From positions 49,372 through 113,371 of the IMG/VR virus record IMGVR_UViG_3300039008_000325: DNA of 64,000 bases; one strand, given 5' to 3'. The stretch is from a virus. Its lineage: Duplodnaviria > Heunggongvirae > Uroviricota > Caudoviricetes. Below, piece after piece: positions 36,058 to 44,244 of the stretch. Each line of letters begins with the position of its first letter. Within the stretch, counting starts at the first letter, position 1. A model generated the notes under the pieces. That model was not told where the DNA came from. It saw only the letters and a list, made by a program, of their open reading frames with translations, and searched no databases. The position numbers and the translations under genes were made by a program.

Positions 36058-36408
36058 ATGACAAAACAAGTAATTGTACAACTAATAGAAGATGAGCTAA
36101 ACAAAATCAAAGGTATAGATAGTAAATCTATTGAATCTTTTAAACGTATTAAAAATATGTGTGATACAGTTTTAAACGTATATGAAGAACTTAATCAATA
36201 TTTTGAAAAGTTAAAGGAACAACAAGAACCTATGTTAGGTATTGGTTTAACTAAACCACCATATAGTTTTGCAACAACTGAAGCTTGTCCTCACTGCGGT
36301 GAATTAAGTTGTACTCAAAGAACACATTGTCCAAAATGTGGTAAAATTAAAATAAGTTTCGAAGTTGGAGATACATTAGATGATAGAAAAGACCCTTATA
36401 TTACTTAA
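36058..36408 (+). CDS. zinc-ribbon protein
   Basis: CPHCGELSCTQRTHCPKCGK; start trimmed to internal ATG. Confidence 0.4.
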   Translation: MTKQVIVQLIEDELNKIKGIDSKSIESFKRIKNMCDTVLNVYEELNQYFEKLKEQQEPMLGIGLTKPPYSFATTEACPHCGELSCTQRTHCPKCGKIKISFEVGDTLDDRKDPYIT

Positions 36409-36820
36409 ACCAGATGCAATTGGAAGAAAATTAATAGGTAAAATTATTAATATTCTAGAAGAAGCTGATTTATTAATTAAAGAAATAAAGACAGTTGAAC
36501 CAGAAATAGATCAACTAAAAAGACACTATAATCATTTACCAGAAGATATATTGAGAAATGTTATTCTATATATGACAAGTGATTTAATAGCTATGTCAGT
36601 TGAAGGTGAAAATGCTATATCTAAAGTTAGAAAATTGGTGGGTGATACTCAACCACTTGAAGCTGATATTGCAAGTATTCGTGGAAGATTTTCTAGTGAT
36701 AGTTATGCACAATCAAATAATGAAGGTAGAGCTATATTTAATCTAATACATGCTTCAGATAGTGTTGAAAATGCTAAAAGAGAATATGATATTTGGTTTA
36801 AATATGATAATACATTCTAA
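36380..36820 (+). CDS. ndk: nucleoside diphosphate kinase
   Basis: LILLKPDAIGRKLIGKII, IRGRFS, NLIHASDSVENAKREYDIWF match NDK signature incl. catalytic His. Confidence 0.85.
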   Translation: MIEKTLILLKPDAIGRKLIGKIINILEEADLLIKEIKTVEPEIDQLKRHYNHLPEDILRNVILYMTSDLIAMSVEGENAISKVRKLVGDTQPLEADIASIRGRFSSDSYAQSNNEGRAIFNLIHASDSVENAKREYDIWFKYDNTF

Positions 36821-36874
36821 TAGTTGATTCCCTTGTAAAAATATACTATAATAATATAAACGAAGGAGAATAAT

Positions 36875-37072
36875 ATGAATTTAGAAACTGTAATAAAAAC
36901 TGATGAAGATCTAACAAGAGCTAAAGAATGTTTACTTTATTTATCTAATGGTATAGATAAATTCCAAAATATTGTTAATTCAATTACTACTAAAGAGCAA
37001 ATAGTTAAATTATCTAGTAAATTTAGTATAAAATTACATCACAGAGTTGTGAGAGCTGTTTTAGAAAAGTAA
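36875..37072 (+). CDS. hypothetical protein
   Basis: 65 aa, AAGGAGAATAATATG SD. Confidence 0.35.
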   Translation: MNLETVIKTDEDLTRAKECLLYLSNGIDKFQNIVNSITTKEQIVKLSSKFSIKLHHRVVRAVLEK

Positions 37073-37073
37073 T

Positions 37074-37093
37074 AATTATAAATAATTATATAA
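37074..37093 (+). promoter_or_regulatory. late promoter cassette
   Basis: exact consensus 16 nt before ATG 37110. Confidence 0.6.
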
Positions 37094-37109
37094 CAATAAA
37101 GGAAGAGAA

Positions 37110-37436
37110 ATGAAACCAAATAACTATTTAAAAAGAGTTGGAGCTAAAATCAATGAAAAAGGTTGGGTAGATCCTAAAACTGGTCATATTTTAGTTGTTA
37201 ATAGAAGTCTTTTAGCAAAAGCTAAAGAAGATGAAACATTAAAGAAATATATCTTAGATGCTGAAATAGAAGAAACAACACCTGTAACTGAAGTAGAGGA
37301 AACAATCTCTGAAGAAGAAGCAAAAGTGAAAGCTGAAGTTGTTGCAGAAATTACTGAATCTGAAGATAAAGAAAATAAAAAAGAAACAAGTAAAGCTAAA
37401 AAGATCTTAGAAAATCTTTTTAAAGGAAGTAAATAA
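37110..37436 (+). CDS. acidic hypothetical protein
   Basis: E/K-rich 108 aa. Confidence 0.4.
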   Translation: MKPNNYLKRVGAKINEKGWVDPKTGHILVVNRSLLAKAKEDETLKKYILDAEIEETTPVTEVEETISEEEAKVKAEVVAEITESEDKENKKETSKAKKILENLFKGSK

Positions 37437-37630
37437 TGCAAGGTATTACAGAACAAATTATATCACATTTAGAAGCTAAAAAAGCAGATGATAAAGCTTA
37501 TCAAGCTTATTTTGCTAAAATGTTAAAGAAATACAAAGTAGAATCACCTGAAGATTTATCTGACGAAGATAGAAAGAAATTCTTTGCAGATGTTGATAAA
37601 GGTTGGAATTCAGATCACGAACAAGATTAG
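37436..37630 (+). CDS. hypothetical protein
   Basis: 64 aa, ATAATG overlap. Confidence 0.35.
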   Translation: MQGITEQIISHLEAKKADDKAYQAYFAKMLKKYKVESPEDLSDEDRKKFFADVDKGWNSDHEQD

Positions 37631-37631
37631 A

Positions 37632-37651
37632 AATTATAAATAATTATATAA
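37632..37651 (+). promoter_or_regulatory. late promoter cassette
   Basis: exact consensus before GIY-YIG gene. Confidence 0.65.
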
Positions 37652-37675
37652 TAAACGAAAATATAAGGATTTATA

Positions 37676-38461
37676 ATGTATTATATAATTTACAAAATTA
37701 CTAACAGTTTAAATGATAAATTTTATATAGGTCAACATAGAACAAATAATTTAGAAGATGGTTATATGGGAAGTGGTTTATATATTAAAAATGCAAAGAA
37801 TAAATATAAAGAAGAATTTATTAAAATATTCAAAAAAGAAATATTAGAATATTGTGATAATTTTGATGATATGCAAATAAAAGAGGAATATTATATTAAA
37901 AATGAATATGATAATCCTCTTTGCACTAATATAAGATATGGTGGAAGTCAATCAATACATAGTGAAAAAACTAAAGAAAAGTTAAGTGAGTCACATAAGG
38001 GTAAAAAACTATCTAATGAACACAAAAATAAAATTCGTCAAGCTAATTTAGGTAAAGTTTTATCTCAAGAAACAAAAGATAAAATATCAAATTCTAAAAA
38101 ATTAAACATGACAGATGATATTAGAAAAAAGATATCAAAAGCAAGTAAAAATAGAAAAGTTTCACAAGAAACAAAAGATAAAATATCAAAAGCTAATAAA
38201 GGTAGAATTTTAGGTTCTCCATCTGAAAATACTAGGAAAAAGATATCAGATGCAACAAAAGGAAAACTTGTAAGTCAAGCCACTAAAGAAAAAATCAGTA
38301 TAGCTAGAAAAGGTTTAAAAAGATTAGATAGCACTAAATTAAAAATTTCAGAAAAACTTAAAAATAAATCAATTGAAATACATAAATGTCCTCATTGTGG
38401 TAAAGAAGGTAAAGGTCCAATTATGTTTAGATTTCATTTCCATAATTGTAAGAAGAAATAA
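37676..38461 (+). CDS. GIY-YIG homing endonuclease with NUMOD3 repeats
   Basis: YIIYKITNSLNDKFYIGQ...GYMGSG; five S..TK.KIS NUMOD3-like repeats; C-terminal CPHCG...HNC zinc finger. Confidence 0.8.
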   Translation: MYYIIYKITNSLNDKFYIGQHRTNNLEDGYMGSGLYIKNAKNKYKEEFIKIFKKEILEYCDNFDDMQIKEEYYIKNEYDNPLCTNIRYGGSQSIHSEKTKEKLSESHKGKKLSNEHKNKIRQANLGKVLSQETKDKISNSKKLNMTDDIRKKISKASKNRKVSQETKDKISKANKGRILGSPSENTRKKISDATKGKLVSQATKEKISIARKGLKRLDSTKLKISEKLKNKSIEIHKCPHCGKEGKGPIMFRFHFHNCKKK

Positions 38462-38463
38462 TA

Positions 38464-38757
38464 ATGATTAAAAATAAACAACAATTATACAAATTTTTAA
38501 AAGATCACAATTATACTATTGAAATGGTTAATGATTTCAATAGTAAAGTGTTAGCATCTATAGAATTTGCTAAGAATAAATCTATTAATATATCATTAGA
38601 TAAGAAAACTAATAAAGTTACGTTTTCTACTTCTGGTAAAAAGATTAAAGCAGATGATATGAAAGAATTTGAAAAAGAATTTAATAATCAATTAAAGAAT
38701 TATAAAGTAAAAGAGTCTAATATTATAGAAAGAATGAAAGATTTTTTAAAAGATTAA
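38464..38757 (+). CDS. hypothetical protein
   Basis: 97 aa. Confidence 0.4.
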   Translation: MIKNKQQLYKFLKDHNYTIEMVNDFNSKVLASIEFAKNKSINISLDKKTNKVTFSTSGKKIKADDMKEFEKEFNNQLKNYKVKESNIIERMKDFLKD

Positions 38758-38835
38758 CGAAATTATTGTACATTTAAACGTAAGACATTACTCATCTTGA
38801 AATTTAAAGTTTAGTTTAAAGTTAATTGTCGAAGA

Positions 38836-38866
38836 AAAGAGGTATCAAATTAATGATACCTCTTTT
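38836..38866 (+). terminator. intrinsic terminator
   Basis: AAAGAGGTATCA-AATTAA-TGATACCTCTTT + TTTG. Confidence 0.75.
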
Positions 38867-38870
38867 TGAT

Positions 38871-38890
38871 TATTATAAATAATTATATAA
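38871..38890 (+). promoter_or_regulatory. late promoter cassette (plus second TATAAATA at 38909)
   Basis: TATTATAAATAATTATATAA then CTTATAAATAAA; AAGGAATATAATTATG leader. Confidence 0.6.
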
Positions 38891-38940
38891 TAAGAACACA
38901 AAAGTTCTTATAAATAAAACATGAAATAAGGAATATAATT

Positions 38941-39483
38941 ATGGCAGTTAAAGCAGTAAGATGGTGGTTAAGAAAAGCTGATAGTGAAATTAACTACAAA
39001 GGATGGATCAATAGAAAAAGAGGATTCATTTTAAACGTAAGAAGAACACTTCTTTCAACAATTAAAGCAGATGCATTTACAGATGATACTTGGGATGCAC
39101 ATTTTCAATATTGTAGATTTGCAGCATCAGAATTAGGTACAGATCTAGTTGTTGATGGTGATTTTGCACAACCAACAGGATGGACATTAGGTGGAGACGC
39201 TGCAGTTGCATCAGATGTATTAACTTTAGACACAGGAACAGCTTCTCAAGATATCGCTCTTGAAGAAAATTCATTATATCAATTAACTTTTGATATTAAT
39301 AAAGTTACAGATCCATTTGAATTAGCTATTTCATTAGATGGTGTTGATATTACTCGTAAATTCCGTAATGGTGTTATGTCAGCTACATTTAAGAATACAA
39401 CAGCAACAACAGCTACATTACTTATCGAAGGTACTGGTGCTGGATTAGAATTAGAAGAAATTAAATTACAAAAAGTTTCATAA
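38941..39483 (+). CDS. late-expressed hypothetical protein of atypical (higher GC) composition; possible capsid-associated protein
   Basis: own promoter and terminator; Gly/Thr/Ala-rich beta-type sequence; positioned just upstream of prohead protease. Confidence 0.45.
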   Translation: MAVKAVRWWLRKADSEINYKGWINRKRGFILNVRRTLLSTIKADAFTDDTWDAHFQYCRFAASELGTDLVVDGDFAQPTGWTLGGDAAVASDVLTLDTGTASQDIALEENSLYQLTFDINKVTDPFELAISLDGVDITRKFRNGVMSATFKNTTATTATLLIEGTGAGLELEEIKLQKVS

Positions 39484-39595
39484 TTTCTAAAACATATATG
39501 GATAAAAAAGTTTTAAGTATATATAATATGTTTATATTAATACATTTAAAACTTTTTTCATTTCCTCCATATATAATAAATATAAATGGTCATTA

Positions 39596-39629
39596 AGAGC
39601 TGTTGATTAGTCATCAACAGCTCTTTTTT
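39596..39629 (+). terminator. intrinsic terminator
   Basis: AGAGCTGTTGAT-TAGTC-ATCAACAGCTCT + TTTTT. Confidence 0.8.
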
Positions 39630-39643
39630 CGTGTGTTTCCTAA

Positions 39644-39663
39644 AATTATAAATAATTATATAA
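39644..39663 (+). promoter_or_regulatory. late promoter cassette
   Basis: exact consensus before prohead protease gene. Confidence 0.65.
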
Positions 39664-39685
39664 ATAAATAATAAAGGGAATAATT

Positions 39686-40321
39686 ATGATTAATTTAATT
39701 GAAAATAATTTTAGTGATGGTATCCAAATAAATGAAGCTAAAGATAAATCATTACATATTCAAGGTCCTTTCATTCAAGTAAATGAAAAGAATCAAAATG
39801 GTAGAATTTATCCAGGTGATATGATGGAATCAGCTGTTGCTTTATATACTGAAAAATATATTATACCTGGTAGAGCTTTAGGTGAATTAAATCACCCTGA
39901 ATCTAGAATGGATGTAGATCCTGAAAGAGCTTGTATCTTAATTAAAGAATTTAACAAAGAAGGAAACTATTATATTGGTAAAGCTAAGGTTTTATCACAC
40001 GTACCTATGGGTAAATTAGTTGAAGGTCTATTAAAAGATGGTGTTAAATTAGGTGTATCTACTAGAGGAACAGGTAAATTAGTTGAAGGTAACAAAGTTG
40101 CTAATTTCAGTTTAAAAACAGTTGATGTTGTACATGATCCATCTGCTCAAACAGCATTTGTTGATAGTTTAATGGAACAAGTAAATAACAATATGCAACA
40201 CTTATATGAAATTAAATCATTAAAAGAAGAAGTTGATAATCTTAAAGAATCATTAAAGACTGGTTCATATAAATCAGATGAAAGCTTCTTAGATGTAATT
40301 AAAAACTTAAAAATACAATAA
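39686..40321 (+). CDS. prohead core protease (T4 gp21-like)
   Basis: 211 aa against 212 aa for T4 gp21; RALGELNHPES and STRGTG blocks; followed by scaffold and capsid genes as in T4. Confidence 0.8.
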   Translation: MINLIENNFSDGIQINEAKDKSLHIQGPFIQVNEKNQNGRIYPGDMMESAVALYTEKYIIPGRALGELNHPESRMDVDPERACILIKEFNKEGNYYIGKAKVLSHVPMGKLVEGLLKDGVKLGVSTRGTGKLVEGNKVANFSLKTVDVVHDPSAQTAFVDSLMEQVNNNMQHLYEIKSLKEEVDNLKESLKTGSYKSDESFLDVIKNLKIQ

Positions 40322-40339
40322 TTTTTAAGGAGATTTAAC

Positions 40340-41137
40340 ATGGTATCATTAACGGAGAGAGTTAATACAGCTTTTAATAAAGGTGTAGCTGCAGTAGAGA
40401 ATGTTATTGATTTGGCTATTAATGCTGAATTTAAATCAGTATCTACAGGTACATTTTATTCATTATTAACTAATGGTTTACAAAAAGGTTGTAATTATAG
40501 TGTAACAATAAGATATCCAGATATGATTACTGATCGTTATAGTAAAAGTATTGATAAATATAATATATTTTGTGAAGAAATTGACGCTCCATCAAATAGT
40601 TTATTAACACATATACATAGAGTAAACGGTAAATCAAGACGTGTTCCTTATGCAAGAGAACAAGCTGATGTTAATATGACATTTATGAATGATGGTAGAT
40701 TAAGAATGAATGAAATATTTGTTTATTGGATGAATCACATGATTGATCAACAAACAAATAAGACTATGAATTTTGAACAAGATTATGTGTGTGATATTAT
40801 CATTGCAGTTTTAGATAACACTGATCAAGTTATAATGAAATATACATTAAAAAACGCTAAACCAATTAATTTAGCTCCTGTTAATTATAATTATGGTTTA
40901 AAAAATGAATATACGAAATCACAAGTAACATTTACATATGATTATGTTGTTGATGAGTTCTTATTAAGTGAAAAAGTAGAAAAAATATTAGAAAATGTAA
41001 CAGTGTTTGGTAAATCTGCTTCAGACTTTATTCCATTCATTGATGATGTTGATAATCTTTATAATAATGTTATTAACACTAAAGATTCACTTACCAATAA
41101 TTTAAGAAGTGCTAGTAATTCTATACTTGACTTCTAA
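40340..41137 (+). CDS. hypothetical head-module protein
   Basis: 265 aa between protease and scaffold genes. Confidence 0.45.
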   Translation: MVSLTERVNTAFNKGVAAVENVIDLAINAEFKSVSTGTFYSLLTNGLQKGCNYSVTIRYPDMITDRYSKSIDKYNIFCEEIDAPSNSLLTHIHRVNGKSRRVPYAREQADVNMTFMNDGRLRMNEIFVYWMNHMIDQQTNKTMNFEQDYVCDIIIAVLDNTDQVIMKYTLKNAKPINLAPVNYNYGLKNEYTKSQVTFTYDYVVDEFLLSEKVEKILENVTVFGKSASDFIPFIDDVDNLYNNVINTKDSLTNNLRSASNSILDF

Positions 41138-41157
41138 GGGAAAAAGTAAGTATCGAA

Positions 41158-41177
41158 AATTATAAATAATTATATAA
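41158..41177 (+). promoter_or_regulatory. late promoter cassette (followed by degenerate second copy 41195-41217)
   Basis: exact consensus. Confidence 0.6.
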
Positions 41178-41237
41178 TAAGGTTTTTAATAAAAATAATT
41201 ATAAATAAATATATAACAACCAAAAAGAGAAGAAAAT

Positions 41238-41624
41238 ATGTTGCAAGAAAAATTAAGTAATTTATTAACTGATAAATTAAAATCTTTAGAGCTTCAAGAA
41301 AGAAAAGCAGCCTTTGTTGATATGTCAGAAATCAATGAAGAATTAGACAATGATAAAAGAGCTGTTATTATCGAAGAAGATGTAGAAGAAATCGAAGAAG
41401 AAATTACAGAAGCTAAAAAAGATGTAAAAATTAACAGCAAGGTATCAGTTAACGTTGAATCATTAGATGATAAGATTCAAAAGAAAGTTCAAAAACTTAT
41501 GAAGAAAACTAATGACAAGAAACTATTAGTTATTTCTTTAGATGGTGATAATGTAGAGCTTGGTGCAAATAGAACAGATGTTTCAAATACAGTTCTTGTA
41601 CCATTAAAGAGCGTAGGAGAATAA
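41238..41624 (+). CDS. acidic prohead-core-like protein
   Basis: 128 aa, E/D-rich (EEDVEEIEEEITEAKKD). Confidence 0.4.
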   Translation: MLQEKLSNLLTDKLKSLELQERKAAFVDMSEINEELDNDKRAVIIEEDVEEIEEEITEAKKDVKINSKVSVNVESLDDKIQKKVQKLMKKTNDKKLLVISLDGDNVELGANRTDVSNTVLVPLKSVGE

Positions 41625-41625
41625 A

Positions 41626-41988
41626 ATGTCATTTATGGGTAAATTAGAAAAAACATCTAAAATGGATTTTAGCGAATTGGTGCAAAAAGTATTACAAGAA
41701 AAATACGAAGCTTCTCTAAAAGAAATGGATAAAAATGAAGAAGAATTACCTCTAGAAGAAAGAGTAATTAAGAAATTAGTTATCAGAGGTGGTAAAAAAG
41801 TACGTAAAAAAACTTCAACAAGAGATAAAGCTAAAATCGTAGGTGGTAAAGAAGTTCTTATGAAATCATCTGAAAGATTAGCTAGAAAGAAAGCTGCTAA
41901 ACGTAGAGCTATTAAATTAAGAAGCAAACAATCTGTGATTAGTAGAAAACAAAAAAAATCAATGAAAAAGAGAAAATTTATTAAATAA
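41626..41988 (+). CDS. highly basic small protein (internal/DNA-binding head protein candidate)
   Basis: K/R-rich C-terminal half KKVRKKTSTRDKAK...RKKAAKRRAIKLRSKQSVISRKQKKSMKKRKFIK. Confidence 0.4.
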   Translation: MSFMGKLEKTSKMDFSELVQKVLQEKYEASLKEMDKNEEELPLEERVIKKLVIRGGKKVRKKTSTRDKAKIVGGKEVLMKSSERLARKKAAKRRAIKLRSKQSVISRKQKKSMKKRKFIK

Positions 41989-42003
41989 CAAAAGGAGTTT
42001 AAT

Positions 42004-42789
42004 ATGTCAATTAAATTAGATAAATATAATTTAACAGAAGCAGACGCTAATGAAATCCTTGATGCTATTAAAGAAAAAGTTATTTCTGAAAAAGCTGAAT
42101 TAGAAGCTCAAAAAGCTGAATTAGAAGCTAAATTAGAAGAATCAAAAACTTTAATTAAAGAGGGTGTAGAAGCTCTTGAAGAAGCTAAAGCAGAAAAATC
42201 TGATGATGAAAAGATTGCTGAAGCTGTTAATGCACAAGTTAAGTTATATAAAGAAGCTAAAGATAAAGAAATTGAAAGTTTCTTAGAAGCAGAAGTTGAA
42301 AAATTCGTTGAATCAAACAAAACAAACATCGTTAATAACATGAAGCTAAATTTTGCTGAAAATCTTATCGAAGATGTTTATGAAGTATTTGAAAAATACA
42401 ACATTACGTTTGATGCTGAAAAAGTAGATGCTTTAGAAGAAGCTTATGCTGAAATCGAAGTTAAAGATGCAAATAATGTTGAATTAACTGCTAAATTAGA
42501 AGAAGCAAACAATAAAATTGCTGAAGCTGAAGAAAAAATGAAATTAGAAGAAAAAATTGCTGATTTAGATGAAGTATCAAAAGAAAAAGCAATTGCTCTT
42601 TACAATGAATCAAAATCATTAGATTCTATAGACGTAATCATAGAAGCAGCTAAAAAACCATCAAAAGATGATGAAACAGATGTTGATGACGTTGATTTAG
42701 AAGATGATGACAAAAAGAAAAAAGATATCAAAGAGAAAGAAAAAAATATGAAAGAATCTAAAGCTCTTGATATTACAGTTAATATTTAA
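42004..42789 (+). CDS. prohead core scaffold protein (T4 gp22-like)
   Basis: 261 aa acidic coiled-coil (EAE/KAELEA repeats) immediately upstream of the major capsid gene. Confidence 0.7.
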   Translation: MSIKLDKYNLTEADANEILDAIKEKVISEKAELEAQKAELEAKLEESKTLIKEGVEALEEAKAEKSDDEKIAEAVNAQVKLYKEAKDKEIESFLEAEVEKFVESNKTNIVNNMKLNFAENLIEDVYEVFEKYNITFDAEKVDALEEAYAEIEVKDANNVELTAKLEEANNKIAEAEEKMKLEEKIADLDEVSKEKAIALYNESKSLDSIDVIIEAAKKPSKDDETDVDDVDLEDDDKKKKDIKEKEKNMKESKALDITVNI

Positions 42790-42814
42790 TTAATTAAATA
42801 AAGGAAAACAAAAA

Positions 42815-44170
42815 ATGAAAACACTATCATTAAAAGAAAGAAAAGCGATTTTAGATTATGCTTCTAAAGTAGTTGTTTCTGAAAATAAAAAAATGGATGA
42901 AGGTAGTTTAAAAGAAAGAGTGTTCGCTCAATTAGTTAGCAACCAAAAAGATGCTAAACATGAAGGACGTTCTGGTGAATTCTTTGAAAAAACATTCCAA
43001 GATGTTAATGCTGAAATCTTAGATGCTAAAGAAGAAGATATCAAAGAATCTAAAGAAAACTTAAAAGAAGCTACTTTATCTGGTAATATCGCTGGTTATA
43101 CTCCAGTAATGATCCAAATGTTAAGAAGAACAGTTGTTGATTCAATTTCATTCGAAATTATTGGTGTTCAACCAATGGCTCAACCAACTGGATATATCTT
43201 CTCATATGTTCCTAGATATGGATCTGGTGCTCAAGATGGTCATGAAGCGTTCAAAACTGAACCAAATTCAGCTTTCACAGGTACTGGTACTCAAACAGGT
43301 ACTAACCCTTCAGTATTAAATGATGCTGTTCCTGGACCTTATACAGCTGGTGACGGAATGTCAACTGCAGCTTTAGAAGCTTTAGAAACTGGTGTTAATG
43401 ACTGGGCTGAAATGAAATTCACTATCGAAAGAGCATCTGTTGAAGCTAAAGGTAGAGGTGTAAGAGCTGAATATTCTGAAGAAATGATCACAGATCTTAA
43501 AAACTTACACGGATTAGACGCTGGTATGTTATTAGCTGACTTACTTTCTCAAGAAGTTGTTGTAGAACAAAACAGAGAAATCGTAAGAAAAATTTATATC
43601 TCAGCTTTACCTGGTGCACAAGAAGGTACTACAACAGCTGGTATTTGGAACTTAGATAACGATTCTAAAGGTAGATGGGTAGATGAAAATGTTAAATCAT
43701 TTGTTACTCAAATCAACAGAGAATCAAGCTCAATCTTCCAATCAATCAGAATGGGTAGAGGTAACTTTGGTATTACTACATTAGATTTATCTGATGCATT
43801 AGCAATCTTACCACAATTCAGACCAACTTCAGTTACAGCTGACGGTACTGCTTCATTAACTGGTATGTTAGGTGATAAAAAGATCATAGTTGATCCATAT
43901 TTATCAGACATCGCTGACGGTGTATTCTTATCAGGATACAAAGGTTCTAACGAACTTAAAGCTGGTATGTTCTTCACTCCTTACGTTGGAATGCAATATT
44001 ATGATGCAGTTCACTCTGAATCTTTCCAACCTACTAAAGGTGTTAAGTCTAGATATGGTTTAATTGCTAATCCATTCGCAACAGCTACAGCTACAACTCA
44101 AGGTGACGGTACAATTGCTGCTAACACTAACCAATTCTTCAGAAGATTGAAAGTAGAAGCTGTATTTTAA
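42815..44170 (+). CDS. major capsid protein (T4 gp23-like)
   Basis: ISFEIIGVQPMAQPTGYIF matches the T4 gp23 pattern IAFDICGVQPMNSPTGQVF. The C-terminus FFTPYVGMQYY...FQPTKGVKSRYGLIANPFA...FFRRLKV matches gp23 YYAPYVAL...FQPVMGFKTRYGIGINPFA...YFRRVYV. Confidence 0.93.
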   Translation: MKTLSLKERKAILDYASKVVVSENKKMDEGSLKERVFAQLVSNQKDAKHEGRSGEFFEKTFQDVNAEILDAKEEDIKESKENLKEATLSGNIAGYTPVMIQMLRRTVVDSISFEIIGVQPMAQPTGYIFSYVPRYGSGAQDGHEAFKTEPNSAFTGTGTQTGTNPSVLNDAVPGPYTAGDGMSTAALEALETGVNDWAEMKFTIERASVEAKGRGVRAEYSEEMITDLKNLHGLDAGMLLADLLSQEVVVEQNREIVRKIYISALPGAQEGTTTAGIWNLDNDSKGRWVDENVKSFVTQINRESSSIFQSIRMGRGNFGITTLDLSDALAILPQFRPTSVTADGTASLTGMLGDKKIIVDPYLSDIADGVFLSGYKGSNELKAGMFFTPYVGMQYYDAVHSESFQPTKGVKSRYGLIANPFATATATTQGDGTIAANTNQFFRRLKVEAVF

Positions 44171-44211
44171 TTGATAGTAATCGTTAGATTACAAAGATTA
44201 AAAGAAAAATA

Positions 44212-44243
44212 AAAAGAGTTAACTTAATTGTTAACTCTTTTTT
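44212..44243. terminator. bidirectional intrinsic terminator (between capsid gene and convergent minus-strand gene)
   Basis: AAAAGAGTTAAC-TTAATT-GTTAACTCTTTT; A-run upstream and T-run downstream. Confidence 0.8.
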
Positions 44244-44244
44244 A

